From Chrysomallon squamiferum (Eukaryota; Animalia; Mollusca), in NCBI GenBank assembly GCA_012295275.1, contig CM022673.1, forward strand, positions 20,894,001 through 20,958,000: 64,000 bases of DNA, written 5' to 3'. Both the position numbers and the translations under genes were made by a program. This document shows positions 31,301-59,886 of the stretch, piece after piece. The notes under the pieces were generated by a model that was not told the DNA's origin, ran no database searches, and worked only from the letters and a program-made list of their open reading frames with translations. The first letter of the stretch is position 1; the number at the start of each line of letters is the position of its first letter.

Positions 31301-33811
31301 TCAGGTGGTCCTTGTCCTTCTGGAGATTCCTGGTTGTTTGACCACAAACTGAAAACTTGGAGACAGTTATCTGACTGTGCAGCACCGAGGTACATTTCTA
31401 AATAATAATCAGATTAATTAACTATTCCTCATACAACTATTCCCCCTATAAAATAAAATTTTCGTCACTAGAATTCATGGTACAAATATGTACATTATAT
31501 ATACATTTCTGACTTAATTTTGCTAATGTTTTTCACCAAGGATTATTTTTAACATAACAGAATATATGGGACAATGGCAGCATTGCCAACAGCTCTGGGA
31601 CAAAGAAGAGTGGTTTTGTACGGGGGTATAGAACAACTGAATCAAGTCATCCACGTAAGTAAACAGTAAATATTAATATAGTTCAAATATTAATGCTGAA
31701 CGGAAAATCCTTTTTCACGATGACGATTTATTTCTAATTTACAGTTAAATTCTTCAGTTAAATGTCAGACTATTTACTAATAAAGTAAGATTAATTGGGT
31801 AAAATACCATTTGGCTTTGTTTGTCTTTATAATTATTAAAAAATAAGTAAACGAATAAATAAAAATAATATAATAATAATTAAAATAAAAATTATAATAA
31901 TTTGATTCTCCCTTGATCCTGTATGTAATAAATAAAAAATGTTTCAGTCGTCGAAGATTGACTCTAAACAAGTCAGTGTGTTGAACCCTGACAGTGGAGC
32001 CTGGTCCACCAGAACAGTTTCAGGTCTTGTGAGTGTATTCTATTTTACTGTTAGGCTTTCTTTTATCTATTGTATGAGAAGGGAAAAACAATTTTTAAGA
32101 ACACCGGATATACGAATTATTGAAGTCCAAATTGCTTTTCTTTTGCAAATGATTTGATGGATGACCTATATACTAGTACCGCCACAGGTACACTTGTTCA
32201 TCTATTCATTCATTCATTTCCCTTTGCAGGGTTCTAAACCAAATATCCCTGTCCGCAGAGCATCGGCTGCCATGGTAACAGGAGATGATGGAATATTCAT
32301 GTTTGGTGGCGAAGATTTGCAGAAGTATGTATAGTGTTATAATTTCTAAATGATTAAGACGAGTTTCCAATCCAGTAACTTAAAACGGAAGTTATTTAAT
32401 AATAATCATAATCAAAACCATAATAACTAATGTTCGTAGCACCTCATATCTTGTTATGTAATCGGATGTTAAACAGATGTTATTTTTAAACCTATTTTTT
32501 ACCTTTCTACAGGAGTGAACAGTTAAATGATTTATGGATTTTAAAAGGCGATGCTACTTCGTCTGACAGATCACCAGTGTTACCTTGTACCAAGAATTTT
32601 ATCAACTACATCACTATTCACGGCATCCTCATGACTGTTGGCTGGGGCTTCTTTCTTCAGTGGGGAGCGTTCATTGCACGATATGTGCACATCAAGTCGC
32701 CTGCTTGGTTCTACACCCATGTCGTGATGCAGGTTTCTTATATTTGACAAAAAATTGAACATTATTCCAGTGGCGTGCAGAGTGGGGGCTGAAGGTGCGA
32801 TATTTCTCAGGCCTTATACTTGAGTCTTTGGGGCACACAATCAAGGAGTTAGCCCCGGGCATCGCCAGACATCTGCGCGCCACTACATTGTTCCTGCTTT
32901 AAATATTATTATTATTGATGTTATTATTTTTATTTTTTTTCTTCGTTTTGCATGTGTGTTTTTAGTCAATTTTAAAATGACGGTGTTTCTTGCAGGTATT
33001 TGGTCTGTGCTGTGCTCTTGTTGGGTTTGTATTTGCTGTTTTGTCGGTGCAGTTTGATCACTTCAAGTTCGCACACGCTGTGATTGGACTGGTGACCATG
33101 CTGCTCGGAATATTACAGCCATTAAATGCAATAATGTAAGCACAGAAATTATTTTCCAAAACAATATATAACATGACAGCAGTTTACATTTCCTTTCATT
33201 AAATATATATATATATATATATATTTTACGTTACATCTAGTTACTTTTTTGAGAATTATACATCCAGTATTTTGACTGAAAACAGAGCAGTGGAGAAAAA
33301 TAGATGTTAATAATTTATTCTGTCGTGTATGTTTATTATGTTCTTTTCTTGAAATAGTTATGATTTTATTTATATATTTTTCTTTTTCAATTTTTTAATT
33401 TATTTTTTATTATTATTTATTTTTTATTTTATTTTATTGTTTTGTTTTAGTCGTCCACATAAAATGGAAATGGAACAGAAAACTCAAAAAAGGCGCATAT
33501 GGGAAGCAATTCATCACTTTGGTGGCAGGAGTGCTCTCCTCTTGGCTCTCATTAACATATCCCTCGGAGTGTTTCTTGCGGTGTCTATATTCCTCATCTG
33601 GACATTGTGGTTTTCTTATCTGTGTTTCCTCATCGGCGTTTACATCTTAGCAGAAATGCTGAGAGGAATTCGAGGAAGAAACCGCTACACGTGGCTGGAC
33701 TTTTATTCGGAGGGGAAAGCGAAGTTTGATATGAACGGGGTTAGGCTGGAGAAAGAACCACCTGTTGACTATACATACGACAATACCACCACAGATACAG
33801 TACATCTCTAA
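28321..33811 (+). CDS. Signal peptide + Kelch-repeat beta-propeller + cytochrome b561 (FRRS1/DOMON-associated type) membrane protein, 12 coding exons
   Basis: Exons 28321-28531, 29448-29592, 29896-29946, 30255-30427, 30668-30785, 31291-31389, 31561-31654, 31948-32028, 32230-32324, 32513-32732, 32996-33135 and 33451-33811 splice in frame. Kelch motifs: LIVFGG..DDTW, LVIFGG..GDSWLFD, VVLYGG, IFMFGG..LNDLW. b561 His motifs: IHGILMTVGWG, WFYTHVVMQ, AHAVIG..LQP, RRIWEAIHHFGGR. Confidence 0.85.
30752..30995 (+). repeat. Six-copy 39-44 bp tandem repeat made from the end of exon 5 plus its splice donor
   Basis: Unit ATGACCAGCTTGTCATTTTCGGTGGCTGTCTGACGTAA(GTCAA)T, decaying rightwards. Confidence 0.92.
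32768..32885. mobile_element. 118-bp hAT-like MITE in an intron
   Basis: Terminal inverted repeats CAGTGGCGTGCAGA / TCTGCGCGCCACTA. 8-bp target-site duplication CATTATTC (32760-32767) / CATTGTTC (32886-32893). Confidence 0.75.
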
Positions 33812-34192
33812 AATTAGTTTTTGTACATTTTGAAATAAAAATATACTGGCTTCTGGTATTTGCTTTCTGTTTAAATTAAATTCAGTGTACACTAACAATG
33901 CGCTTTTAAAATGAATAATATGTATATATTTTGTGATTTGAAAAATAAAATAAAACGTTTCTATTCGTTGTGCTGTATGGATATCCTTGGACTGAGAGAT
34001 TTTTATTCATTCTAGAAAATATTTTAATAATGCACATTTTACGAAAATGTTCATTTTTTAGAAATACTTTACAAAGAAACTGCTCGTAAGTTTCCTTAAG
34101 AAAACAGAACAAATATTTTCCTGATAAATGGTTAAGTAAAATAGAAAATACGAACTACGAGAATTACTTAAGATTTCCGAAGATTTATATAA

Positions 34193-36438
34193 CTAACCAA
34201 TTATATGACTGGCTTCAACATAAACAATTACTCCATCGCTCTCTCTAGATAATCTATCAACTGCTGTTACAGCGTACTTTCCAGAATCAGTCGGCGTAAA
34301 GCTGAGTGTTGATCGGTTCATGACTTTGATCAAATTCCAGGAGTCGGCTAGAAATTTGTAAATGGCCCACGACCTCGTTTTACCTGTTGCGTCTGTTTGC
34401 CATGTAATTCTTCCCGATGAGACGACAACGCCTGTCGGTTGTTCTGGTGATGATGTTGTTAACCAAGGCATAACTGGTGTCAAGGCAGGTGCAGTGTACA
34501 GTTCTGTTTTAAACATGTCAGAAATGCCTTTGCTATTGTCTCTGAAATATTTTGCGCTGAAGAAAACATCGCCAAGACTTAGTTCGCCTGATCGTTTTCT
34601 AGACTCTGTAACTTGTCTCTTGATTTCTTCCAGTGGCCAGTGCTTGTGAACAACATTACCAGCATAACTGCCAGCATAAAAGTGATGTTTGTGACTGTTC
34701 TGTTGCAACCACCAGTCCATGAGATGTGTGAAGCTTTGTTGTGGTGGATCGATTTTCCAGTATAGCTGAGGCGTCATGTAGTCAACCCATCCTTCGTTAA
34801 ACCATTTCCGACTGTCAGCGTATTGGGCCGAATAGGATGAAAGACCGTGTATTCCTGCAGGAACGCCAGATTTCCAAATACCAAATGGACTGAGGCCAAA
34901 TTTCACGTGCTTTTTAGTAGCTTTAATTCCAGTGTATAATCGATGAATTAAGTCATCAACATTCTTCCTTCGCCAATCAGATCTGGACAAATGGCCGCCA
35001 CTGTTGACGTAAGCATGATATGTAGTCGAATCTGGGAAATCATGTCCTGATATCGGATAAGGATAAAAGTAATCGTCCATGTGAACCCCATCGATATCGT
35101 AGCGTTTAACGACATCCATAATGACATTGTAGCATTCATCCTGGACTTCTTTTGCACCAGGATCCATCCACAGATTGTGACCGTAAGCATGTGCATGTTG
35201 AGGAAACTTCACTGCCATGTGATTTGGTGCTAGTCCATGTCTGGAAGTGCTGCCAGAGCGAGCTCGGTATGGATTGTACCAAGTGTGTACTTCTATGTTT
35301 CGTTTGTGTGACTCTTCTATCACAAAATGCAGAGGATCGTAAAATGGCGACGGGGCTTTGCCTTGTGTACCTGTGAGATATTCACTCCATGGTTCAATCG
35401 ACGACTGATACATTGCATCTCCAACAGAACGAACCTAAAAGATAAAATTTAAAATATCTCTGTTATGGATCTCTTTCTGAATACTGAGTGCCTAAAGCTA
35501 ATACATTTCAAGGATGGAGTATTTATATCGCATACGAAAAGACTTTCTTTTGAAATAAATATAAAGTTATTTTTTTGTTTTGCAACCATTAATTTATATC
35601 AACCTATTGAAAAAGTATTAACTTTGTTTGTGTACACTTTTTGTTATTTCTCACCCATTTGTTTACAGCTGCAATATTTTAAATTTCAGGAATTATGTTT
35701 CAAAAACACCATGAATAATTTACCAGGTAAACAGAAAACATATCATAATAGTCTTCATCAAGCTTTAATAAATGAGACATCAACCTAGAAATCTGAATAA
35801 TTTTTCATTACATTTTCTCCTCTAACTTGCAGTAAACATTCTTACCTGAAAAACAATTGCATTGAAATTGAGCTCTTGCAGTTTATCCAGTAGTGATACT
35901 AGTTCATGTTTTTGACGGCTCGGGGAATGATGTCTGGATAAAGGCCAGTCAATATTGGCCACTGTAGCAATCCACACAGCTCTGAATTCTCTAGCTGGCC
36001 AGTCGTTTCCGCCTGTCTTCACAGTCTCTGCATAAAATAATTTAAAATCCCACTAATAATAAACACTACATTTAAAACTAAATAAATTAGCTCTTGAGGA
36101 TCTACTCCTTAAGATATCGGCATGGAAACTTTTAAAGTTCAAATAATATCTTAATATGCTAATTTATAATCTTATAAATTGCGAGGAGAGAGATGAATGT
36201 AAGTTTATGATATAATTCAGGTTATAGAGGTGTTGCTAGAAACTATTGTCTTCTTCTTTTATAGAAAAGTATGTTTCTTTTTAAAATATATATATTCAAA
36301 TTTGTAATATTTTTATTGCGACTTAAATATTCTTAATGTTGTTCTGCCTTAATAATTATATAGCTAGCTCTGATACAAATTTACGTACTTACCAGCTGTT
36401 ATAACGGTCAAAATCCCACACAGATAAAATAAAATCAT
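34193..36438 (-). CDS. Secreted glycoside hydrolase-like 10 (GHL10/DUF187; YddW/DigH/YngK-like), ~489 aa, with a C-terminal FN3-like tail
   Basis: Exons 36438-36393 (signal peptide MILFYLCGILTVITA), 36027-35846 (REFRAVWIATVANIDWP...NAIVFQ) and 35434-34193 (VR..GDAMY.S.IEPWS.YLTG.QG, EVHTWYNPYR, YDIDGVHMDDYFYPY, FGLSPFGIW, WVDYMTPQLYW, YAVTAVDR..RES). Confidence 0.92.
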
Positions 36439-37300
36439 TCTTCCAGTGTTTATTTAATTCGTGCTCTTTTACTGCAGCCTGTTTCTCAAATATCAATAAA
36501 ATAACAACTTAAATCTATAAATATTTAAAATGTAAATGAAGTTATCTAATATAAATAAAAAAATAATAATAAATAAAAAATAAATAAATCTAAGTCAGAT
36601 AAAAATAAAAATAAAAATAATAATAATAATAATAATATACAAAACTGACGAAAAAGTAACTAAAAATAAATAAATAATAAATAATAAGAAGAAAATAATA
36701 AGAATAATAATTAATATATAAATAAATAATAACAGATATTCATTAATTAATAAGAAATAACGTTGAGGAAAAGGTAGATTCAAGGAAGCAAATTAATTGG
36801 TGATTATATAATTTTAATGATGTTGATGTTGGTGGTAGCTTTAATAGTAACAGAGGCAGTACATGTAACAGTTGAGAAAGTAACTGTACTATATTAATAA
36901 CTAACTTATTATGGATCATTACATATATGACGGCAGACATTTTAGAAAGAGACAGTGTTATAAGATACCGGTCGTTAAATATCTGTTAATTTAAGACGCA
37001 AAGATTTGCTTCCAGGTACATACATAAAATGTGTTATGAAAATATAATTCTTATTATACATATAAGAACAATAAGTATACTGAGACATACCTACCAGTTG
37101 CTTATCTTTGGTGTTCACTTCTTATTTTGATACCAGGGGTCTTCTCAAACGATTATATATTTGTATAATGACGGGCAGTTTGATGATAAAACAGTTTGTA
37201 AATATACCTATCAGAGAGAAAAAAAATCGATAAAAAGAAATGTAGATATTAAAATGCTGTTGTAAAAAAAATTGTAAATAAGATACGTGTATCTGTATCT

Positions 37301-37408
<108 letters not shown>

Positions 37409-38060
37409 TTGTATGTATGTATATCGATCTATTATCTAGCTACGTGTTTAGAAATATATGGGCGGGTGGGTTTTTGTGCGTGTAATTTATTCATGTTAAT
37501 AAATAAATAAATAAATAATAAAAGGACTAATAAATAATACTGTTCAGTTTGTTTTTGTTTCATTACCTATTAAAATAAAATATCCAGTACCAATCATCAG
37601 TATTCACTACAAATGGTGTTTATTTATTTATTTATTTATTTTAATTTTCTATTTTAGTTCAGTAAGTTAGCTAAGAGTACTTATGTCCCTTTTTAGCATG
37701 AGAAAAGTGCAAAGATACTTTTAATAAAATAATTATATTATGTATATTGTACCACAATTAAAATGCAGAATTATTGTTTTGTAACCAAAGACAAAAGAAT
37801 TATCTTCATTTAAACTTTAATGGGAGTTATAATGAATAAATATGTCAAATTAAAATTAATTATAATTTTTTAGTATTTTATTTTTAAATTTAATCGATTG
37901 ATTATAGTTTGTTGTCTGTTTATGGCTGTTATCAACAACAAACAACAACAAAAAACAACAATAATAATAATGTTTTGTTTTATTTCGTTAAAAAGAAAAG
38001 GCTAATTTTACAATGAGTGCTCAAGCGATGGGATATTTGTGATACAAAGAAGAAGGAAGG

Positions 38061-53755
<15,695 letters not shown>

Positions 53756-55771
53756 ATTGAAGAAGAAAAAAATTGTATTTCTGAACTAAATGGAGCACAA
53801 TCTTTGAGAAATATCAAATGAAATAATCTTTAAATCTCAACATTGTTGTAATGAAAACTCTATGAAATTCGATTTTATCTCGATGAAATTGTTTTAATAA
53901 TTCACATAATTTCCTCAAAAGCTAATGTTATCAGAGAATCAATTTATTTTTAAATGTGTGAAAGTAAATTGGTTGAAAATGAATTTTGAAAAGAAGTTCT
54001 GATAAAAAAAACTTTTGAATTTTATTTTGTGAGATAACATTATAGTATTTTTCAGAATAATTATTTAGATAAAATTATAACCTGTCATTAAAAAAATAAT
54101 AATAAATAAATGAAGGTAAGTACTGGTTCTTTTACTCAGTGAAGGCTGTTGGAGTTGAAAATAAATTTTTGTTTCCTGAATTAAATGCTGTTTTGAGAAG
54201 TGACATGAAGAGTTTTAAATATATTCTGTTATATCTTGCATGTATAATTTATCACAGAATACAAAACTCACTGAATAAAATGTTTTGAAAATAAACTGTG
54301 AATTCTGTATTAGTGTTTATTATATGTTAAGAATTTGAGACTTTTAAATGTTTTTGTTTTCTGTTGGGGGTTTTTCTCATGTTATATGATTTTTTTTTAA
54401 ATCATTTTTTGTCTTTATACATTCCAATATTTTGTAGATGCATGTCAATAAATTATTGAATGTTTGAGAAGCATTTTTGGACCATTTTTATTATTTAAGA
54501 AAAACGGCATTGTCGCAAATCGGTATCGGAGTCTATAAAATAATTCAATTTGGCATATTGGACCATTATTATTTTTTTATTTCATTTTTTATTTTTTTAA
54601 AGAAAAGGAAAAAAACGATTATTTGAATCTTGTCTAATTCATAATGGATAAAATACAATGCGGTATATAATGCATTACTTTCAACAATTTTAAAGCAAAA
54701 TTTAAATAATTAATTTTCCTTATTTATTACATCTATGTGAAAAGCCAACATTCATTTACGCTGGCGCACGTTTGTGCGTTTTTGTTGCGGACATTTTTGC
54801 CTGTGATAAATTAATAGAAAGCGATCAATCCGTAAAAGAAAAATTGCCTTCAGGATTTTGAAAAACGAGGACATTATGTTGCATACAAATTTAACCTTTA
54901 TTTATTTATTTATTGTTTTAAATTTTCAACAAACAGGATAAACAATTGGGTGATGCAATGAAAAAAAATAAAGAATAAGCAAAATAATTTCTAAATACAA
55001 CCAGAAAACGTAATTATTTTTTTCCCCACAATTTCCTTACATTTTATTCGTCTTTATAGGTGTGAAGTTGTTAAGTTCTGTGGTTGTTCTACGAAGACAA
55101 AAAAAAAAAAATAGCTGACGAGCATTTATTATCTTAATAAACAGGTTATTATTAACGCGATTTTAATAATAATAATAATAATTAAATAAAAGTTTTTGTT
55201 GTTTGTTGTTTGTATAGATTGTTTTAAGTCTGGGCATAGCAGATATTTAGAAAACAGGTGAGAGTAGAATGTTTTAAAATTCAAATCACACATATGCATA
55301 AATTATACATACATATACACATTCTTTTAGTTCGTCTCTCCCTCTCTCACTGATTGAAAATTTCTTTCAAGATACTCAGTTGCTTTCAACTGTTTAAATT
55401 CACGCACGGATTCATCACACACATACATACATACATACATAACTGCAGGTTATGTAATCTAGTAATTTTAATATGAATTACATATCACTCTTGTTTTATG
55501 TTACCTATAAACACAGTATCGGCCAATTAAATTATCATTGAACGTTCTGTGGCCATATACACTTTCATTGTCCTGCGACATCTTTTTACAGATCTTTGGT
55601 AATAATAGTTTAGAATATCCTTCGAGTTAGGAAACTTTACTAAAATTATTAAATGATTTAAGTATAACATTGTATTAAGTGACTTTGTATTATTATTTCA
55701 CATGAAATATAATGATCTGCATTATGAATATGAATTAATAGTGATTTTTTTTTTTTTTTTATCTATCTACA

Positions 55772-55822
<51 letters not shown>

Positions 55823-55835
55823 CAAATTAAAAGAC

Positions 55836-56052
55836 ATTAAATGCGGATTATCTTCAGTAATTAATAAAACGTATAATAAATTTAACCACAGGCACAACTA
55901 AAACCCGAGAGTTATGAATATAAATTAATTGTGACTCTCTCTCTCTCTCTCTCTATTAAATAGGTTTTTTTTATTTACAAGAAATTAAATGCGGATTGTC
56001 TTCAGTAATTAGAAAAACGTATCAGAAATATACCACAGGCACGATTAAAACC
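55836..56052 (+). repeat. ~70-bp direct repeat pair (about 55836-55905 and 55984-56052)
   Basis: ATTAAATGCGGATT.TCTTCAGTAATTA..AAAACGTAT...ACCACAGGCAC...TAAAACC occurs twice. Confidence 0.85.
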
Positions 56053-56380
56053 TTTACATTTTTCTGCTATTTTCAGTAATACAAAAACTACGTTAATCTT
56101 ATTTTCATGTAGATCAATTTATACGAAGCTTATGCACGGGTCAATTTATGCGGGAGATCTATTCGTAATACAAGTTGTGGTTATCTTTAATTTATTTCGT
56201 CTGCGACTTTATGCATGCATATAAAAACATCTCGCTTTTTTGTCACGAGAGGCAACATCAAATGCAGCACCGGAATTAAAAATATATATATAGATACAAA
56301 GAACTTTTTTTAATTTTTTTTATTAGCTGTTAAACACTCGAAATGGGTTAACCTATCAGCGGCCAAGAAAATTTGTAAAA

Positions 56381-56390
56381 GGGAATTCCC
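56381..56390. promoter_or_regulatory. Palindromic NF-kB site in the putative TRAF6 promoter region
   Basis: GGGAATTCCC matches GGGRNWYYCC. Flanked by CCAAT boxes (56391, 56405), ATTGG (~56600) and ETS-like CCGGAA/TTCCGG motifs (~56270, ~56610). Confidence 0.5.
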
Positions 56391-57254
56391 CCAATTTATA
56401 TCTGCCAATCAGTAAAAATGCAACGTGGAGACCTGAAATGATTTGTAAACTTCAAGAAGTAAATGTTAATGTATCAATGATATTATATATATATAAAACA
56501 GTAATTCCAAGTGTCTAATAAGTAATTGTTAAAAGTATAAATGTCTCCAATAACATTAGCTCACGTGTTCATGTTCGAACTTTTTCAGTATTCACGGTGA
56601 TTGGTCTACTTCCGGGTTGATTGAGGAAGATAACTGAAAAGCACCTGACTGTTAATTTAACGAAAAGAACAAGGGTATATAATTATTATCAAATATAACA
56701 CTGATAGTGTGTTTTTGAGCGCATATATGTATATAAAGGTGGGCTAATTTTTTCAAAAATATAACAGTCAAATAGTTATGAAGCACCTGAATTATGAATA
56801 CGTGTACCACTTTAACGAATTGATTATTGCACAATGTTGGATTTTAAATCGAAGAAATTTTGTTTTAAACTATGTATATCATTATACTTTTATAGGTGAA
56901 TGTATAAATGTAATTATTCTTTTCTTCTTCTCTTTTTCAAAATTTATTTTTATTTATTTTGAACACTTTTATTTATTATGTTACTGTTCATACCTAAATC
57001 AAAGGCAAAATTAATTATTTCCAAAGAAATGGACGAATATTATATACGGTGATATCTTGTTATCCTTAATATCAAATTTTTTATAATCCTCATTATGTAC
57101 AGTTATGTATGTCATTAAATATTTGAACTTTAAATTTTGAGAACACAGTTTAATAAAATGTCTGGGGGTTATGTCTGACAGGAAATTATCCGTAGTACCC
57201 CATCTAAAATATGTTAAAAACAAGGCCCTTAAAGGCTCTCAATATTTTAAAAGC

Positions 57255-57650
57255 TATTGCTCACATCGGTCATATTATTTGACCCATTAATGCTAAAGAA
57301 GGATTATTCATCTCAGTGTGAACACTGTCATTGTATTCTGATTGTGTGCCATATTTTGATGGAGTGCAGTCATCTTAGGTAGATCTGAAAGATATATTTA
57401 ATGTGATGAAATCATTTCAATTCCATCCCAAACTTGTTTTAAACATTACAGAACTTAACCATAAAGTTTAATTGAAATAAACTGTGATAGTTTTTGCACA
57501 GCTCTTTACACTGTGTTTTGACTAATTTAGAATTTTTATGTATAAAGTAAATACTATTTTGTTACATTTACCTTTTTTGGACACCCAAAAGCCAATATGT
57601 TTTTCATGCTGGGATCTTGTTAAACATTCATTCATTTATTCATTCAAAAC
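57255..57650 (+). mobile_element. 5'-truncated non-LTR retrotransposon (I-group-like LINE) 3' end
   Basis: Decayed ORF2 C-terminus HIGH...TH...LKKD..SQCEHCHCILIVCHILMEC (CCHC zinc knuckle), then a 3' UTR ending TTAAAC(ATTC)n. Confidence 0.6.
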
Positions 57651-59150
57651 ATTAATTTCCTATTATTTTAAAAAAATGATTATTTTAATATTTAAATTAT
57701 ATTTCATTAATTGCTTAATTTTGCTTTGCTAGCTTTTCAATTTTACTTTAGTATAAATAAAACTTAACCATTTTCAGACAAAAATAAGTTTTAACCCCCC
57801 CAAAAAAAAAGAAGAATAAAAAGCAGTTCAAAAAAATAAACAAAGCCAGTAACTAATCTAAACTAAGCAAATGGGTAGGTTACAGTATTCAGAAAAATTC
57901 TTTCATAGAATTCAAATAGTTGATTTGAATATGTGATTTATTCTTTGTTTACTTTTAATGATGTTTAAAATAATATGCTTTTCAAAGACAAATATCCATG
58001 AATATTGTAATAGAAATACTGTTAAAAAGCATAATAATAAAACAAAAAAATAAAGAAAAAAATTAGTTTTTTGATTACTATATTGGTCAGTGTATCATTC
58101 ATTCCTTTGTTAATTTATTCCTTTTTTTTTTTATTTCGTTCATTTGTTCATTCATTCTAACCTATCTTTTCTTATCTAAAACATACTTGTGAAGTATAAC
58201 ATTTGTAAGCAGGAAGTCTGTTTAGGTTTATGCAGGATGTAGAGTGCCCAGGCAGACCAGGAAGGTGAAATCTTGTTTGGTATTTATCTGCTAAAATGTT
58301 CTGGTGAGTTAAAATTGTCTAAATTCATGGTTTAATCATTCTTTAAAGTGTATATATATTTATTAGTAGGCATGTGTTGTTGTTTTTTATGTGAATGTGT
58401 GTATGTATATTTGTTTGCATGTATCATTGTATGTGTTTTTGTGCAGGTATTCAGTTATTTATGCATATGTGTGTATATATACATACATACATATATACAT
58501 ATACATATTTGTGCATATGTGTAGATGTATGTATAAACACACATATTATTATTGTTGTTGTTGTTATTTCACTATCACTTTTATAATTAAATATCCCTCC
58601 TTAACTTGTCCTGCCCCAATCAGTGATCGCTTACTGTTTATGAAGTGCCTTGGTTGCTATTTTGCTCTGAGGGAAAATAGATGGCTGATAACAATGTAGC
58701 TTGAAGAACTGCTGTCATGGATTTCCACTCTTGTGACATTATTTTTAAAATAGAAATACAAAATATGTTAAAATGTATTTTAAAACAAACAGTCATTCAC
58801 TATACTATTTTATTTACAAAATTTAGATACCATAATCTGTCTGTCTATCTGCGAGACACTCCTTTAACATGACACTCAGCAGGTAACAATAATGTACATC
58901 CTGGTTTTTTAATTCTATGTTAAATTGTATGGAAATAGTAGATGTTATGTATAATGTTGTTCATATATTTTACACAAAGAAGATTGTGTTTTGTCTTGAC
59001 TTGTAATGACACATCCTGTTTGGTTTGATGTATTGAGTGCACTGATGTTTTAGATAGGTTTTCTTACATTTGAGTGAGATTGTATACATGTATCAATTTG
59101 AATGATTTTGTATGTATTTTTATATTCATACATTTCAGGAAGTATTAATA

Positions 59151-59196
<46 letters not shown>

Positions 59197-59851
59197 GGTG
59201 AATAAGTGTATATTTGCATCTATATGATTCATGTTTTTCTAAAATAATGTGTTTGTTTTTAGTGTACATATATATATATATGTGTGTGAGATATTGTTTA
59301 TATGTTAGTAGCTGCATTTTTAAAAATTTTTTATATATATATATATATATATAATTTTATGGTCTGTTATAGTTAATTACTGTTCACATTCTCCATGTAT
59401 TTTTAATGGTCGGACGAAATGCATGTTAACATTTAACACTGATTCAGACTTGTGTATATAAATAGATAGGTTATAGCTATTACTGTACAAAATGGGTATA
59501 AATAGATTGGTTATAGCTATATTTAGAAATATCCATTGTAATTAAAACACTTGAAAAATTTATATATTTTAGCATGAGGTTTAATATAATAACTATCAAT
59601 GTCATAGAACTGACCCATGTCTTACCTTTTTAAATATTTGCTGTTTACAAATGATTCTATATGTAATATTTAAATTATCTGTTACGTCAAGTAAGGTTTT
59701 ATATAGCTTCGAACAACCTTTTGTCTTCTCTGAATTTCTCTTTCTTCCTTTCTCTCACTCTTTTTAATGAAAGCCATTCAAGCATGTCCATGAGACACAC
59801 CTTATTTTTTCCTTTCTCTCTTCTTTTTTTTTATTTTATTATTATTATTAT

Positions 59852-59886
<35 letters not shown>

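Noticed and set aside
34362-35376. Overlapping alternative-frame ORFs within GHL10 (and 53199-53798 within the last CTR9 exon)
   Set aside because: Shadow ORFs of real coding exons, with no independent features.
34193-35413. Bacterial contaminant or symbiont insert
   Set aside because: The ORF lacks its N-terminus unless spliced through two GT-AG introns, and the flanks are host-like AT-rich DNA.
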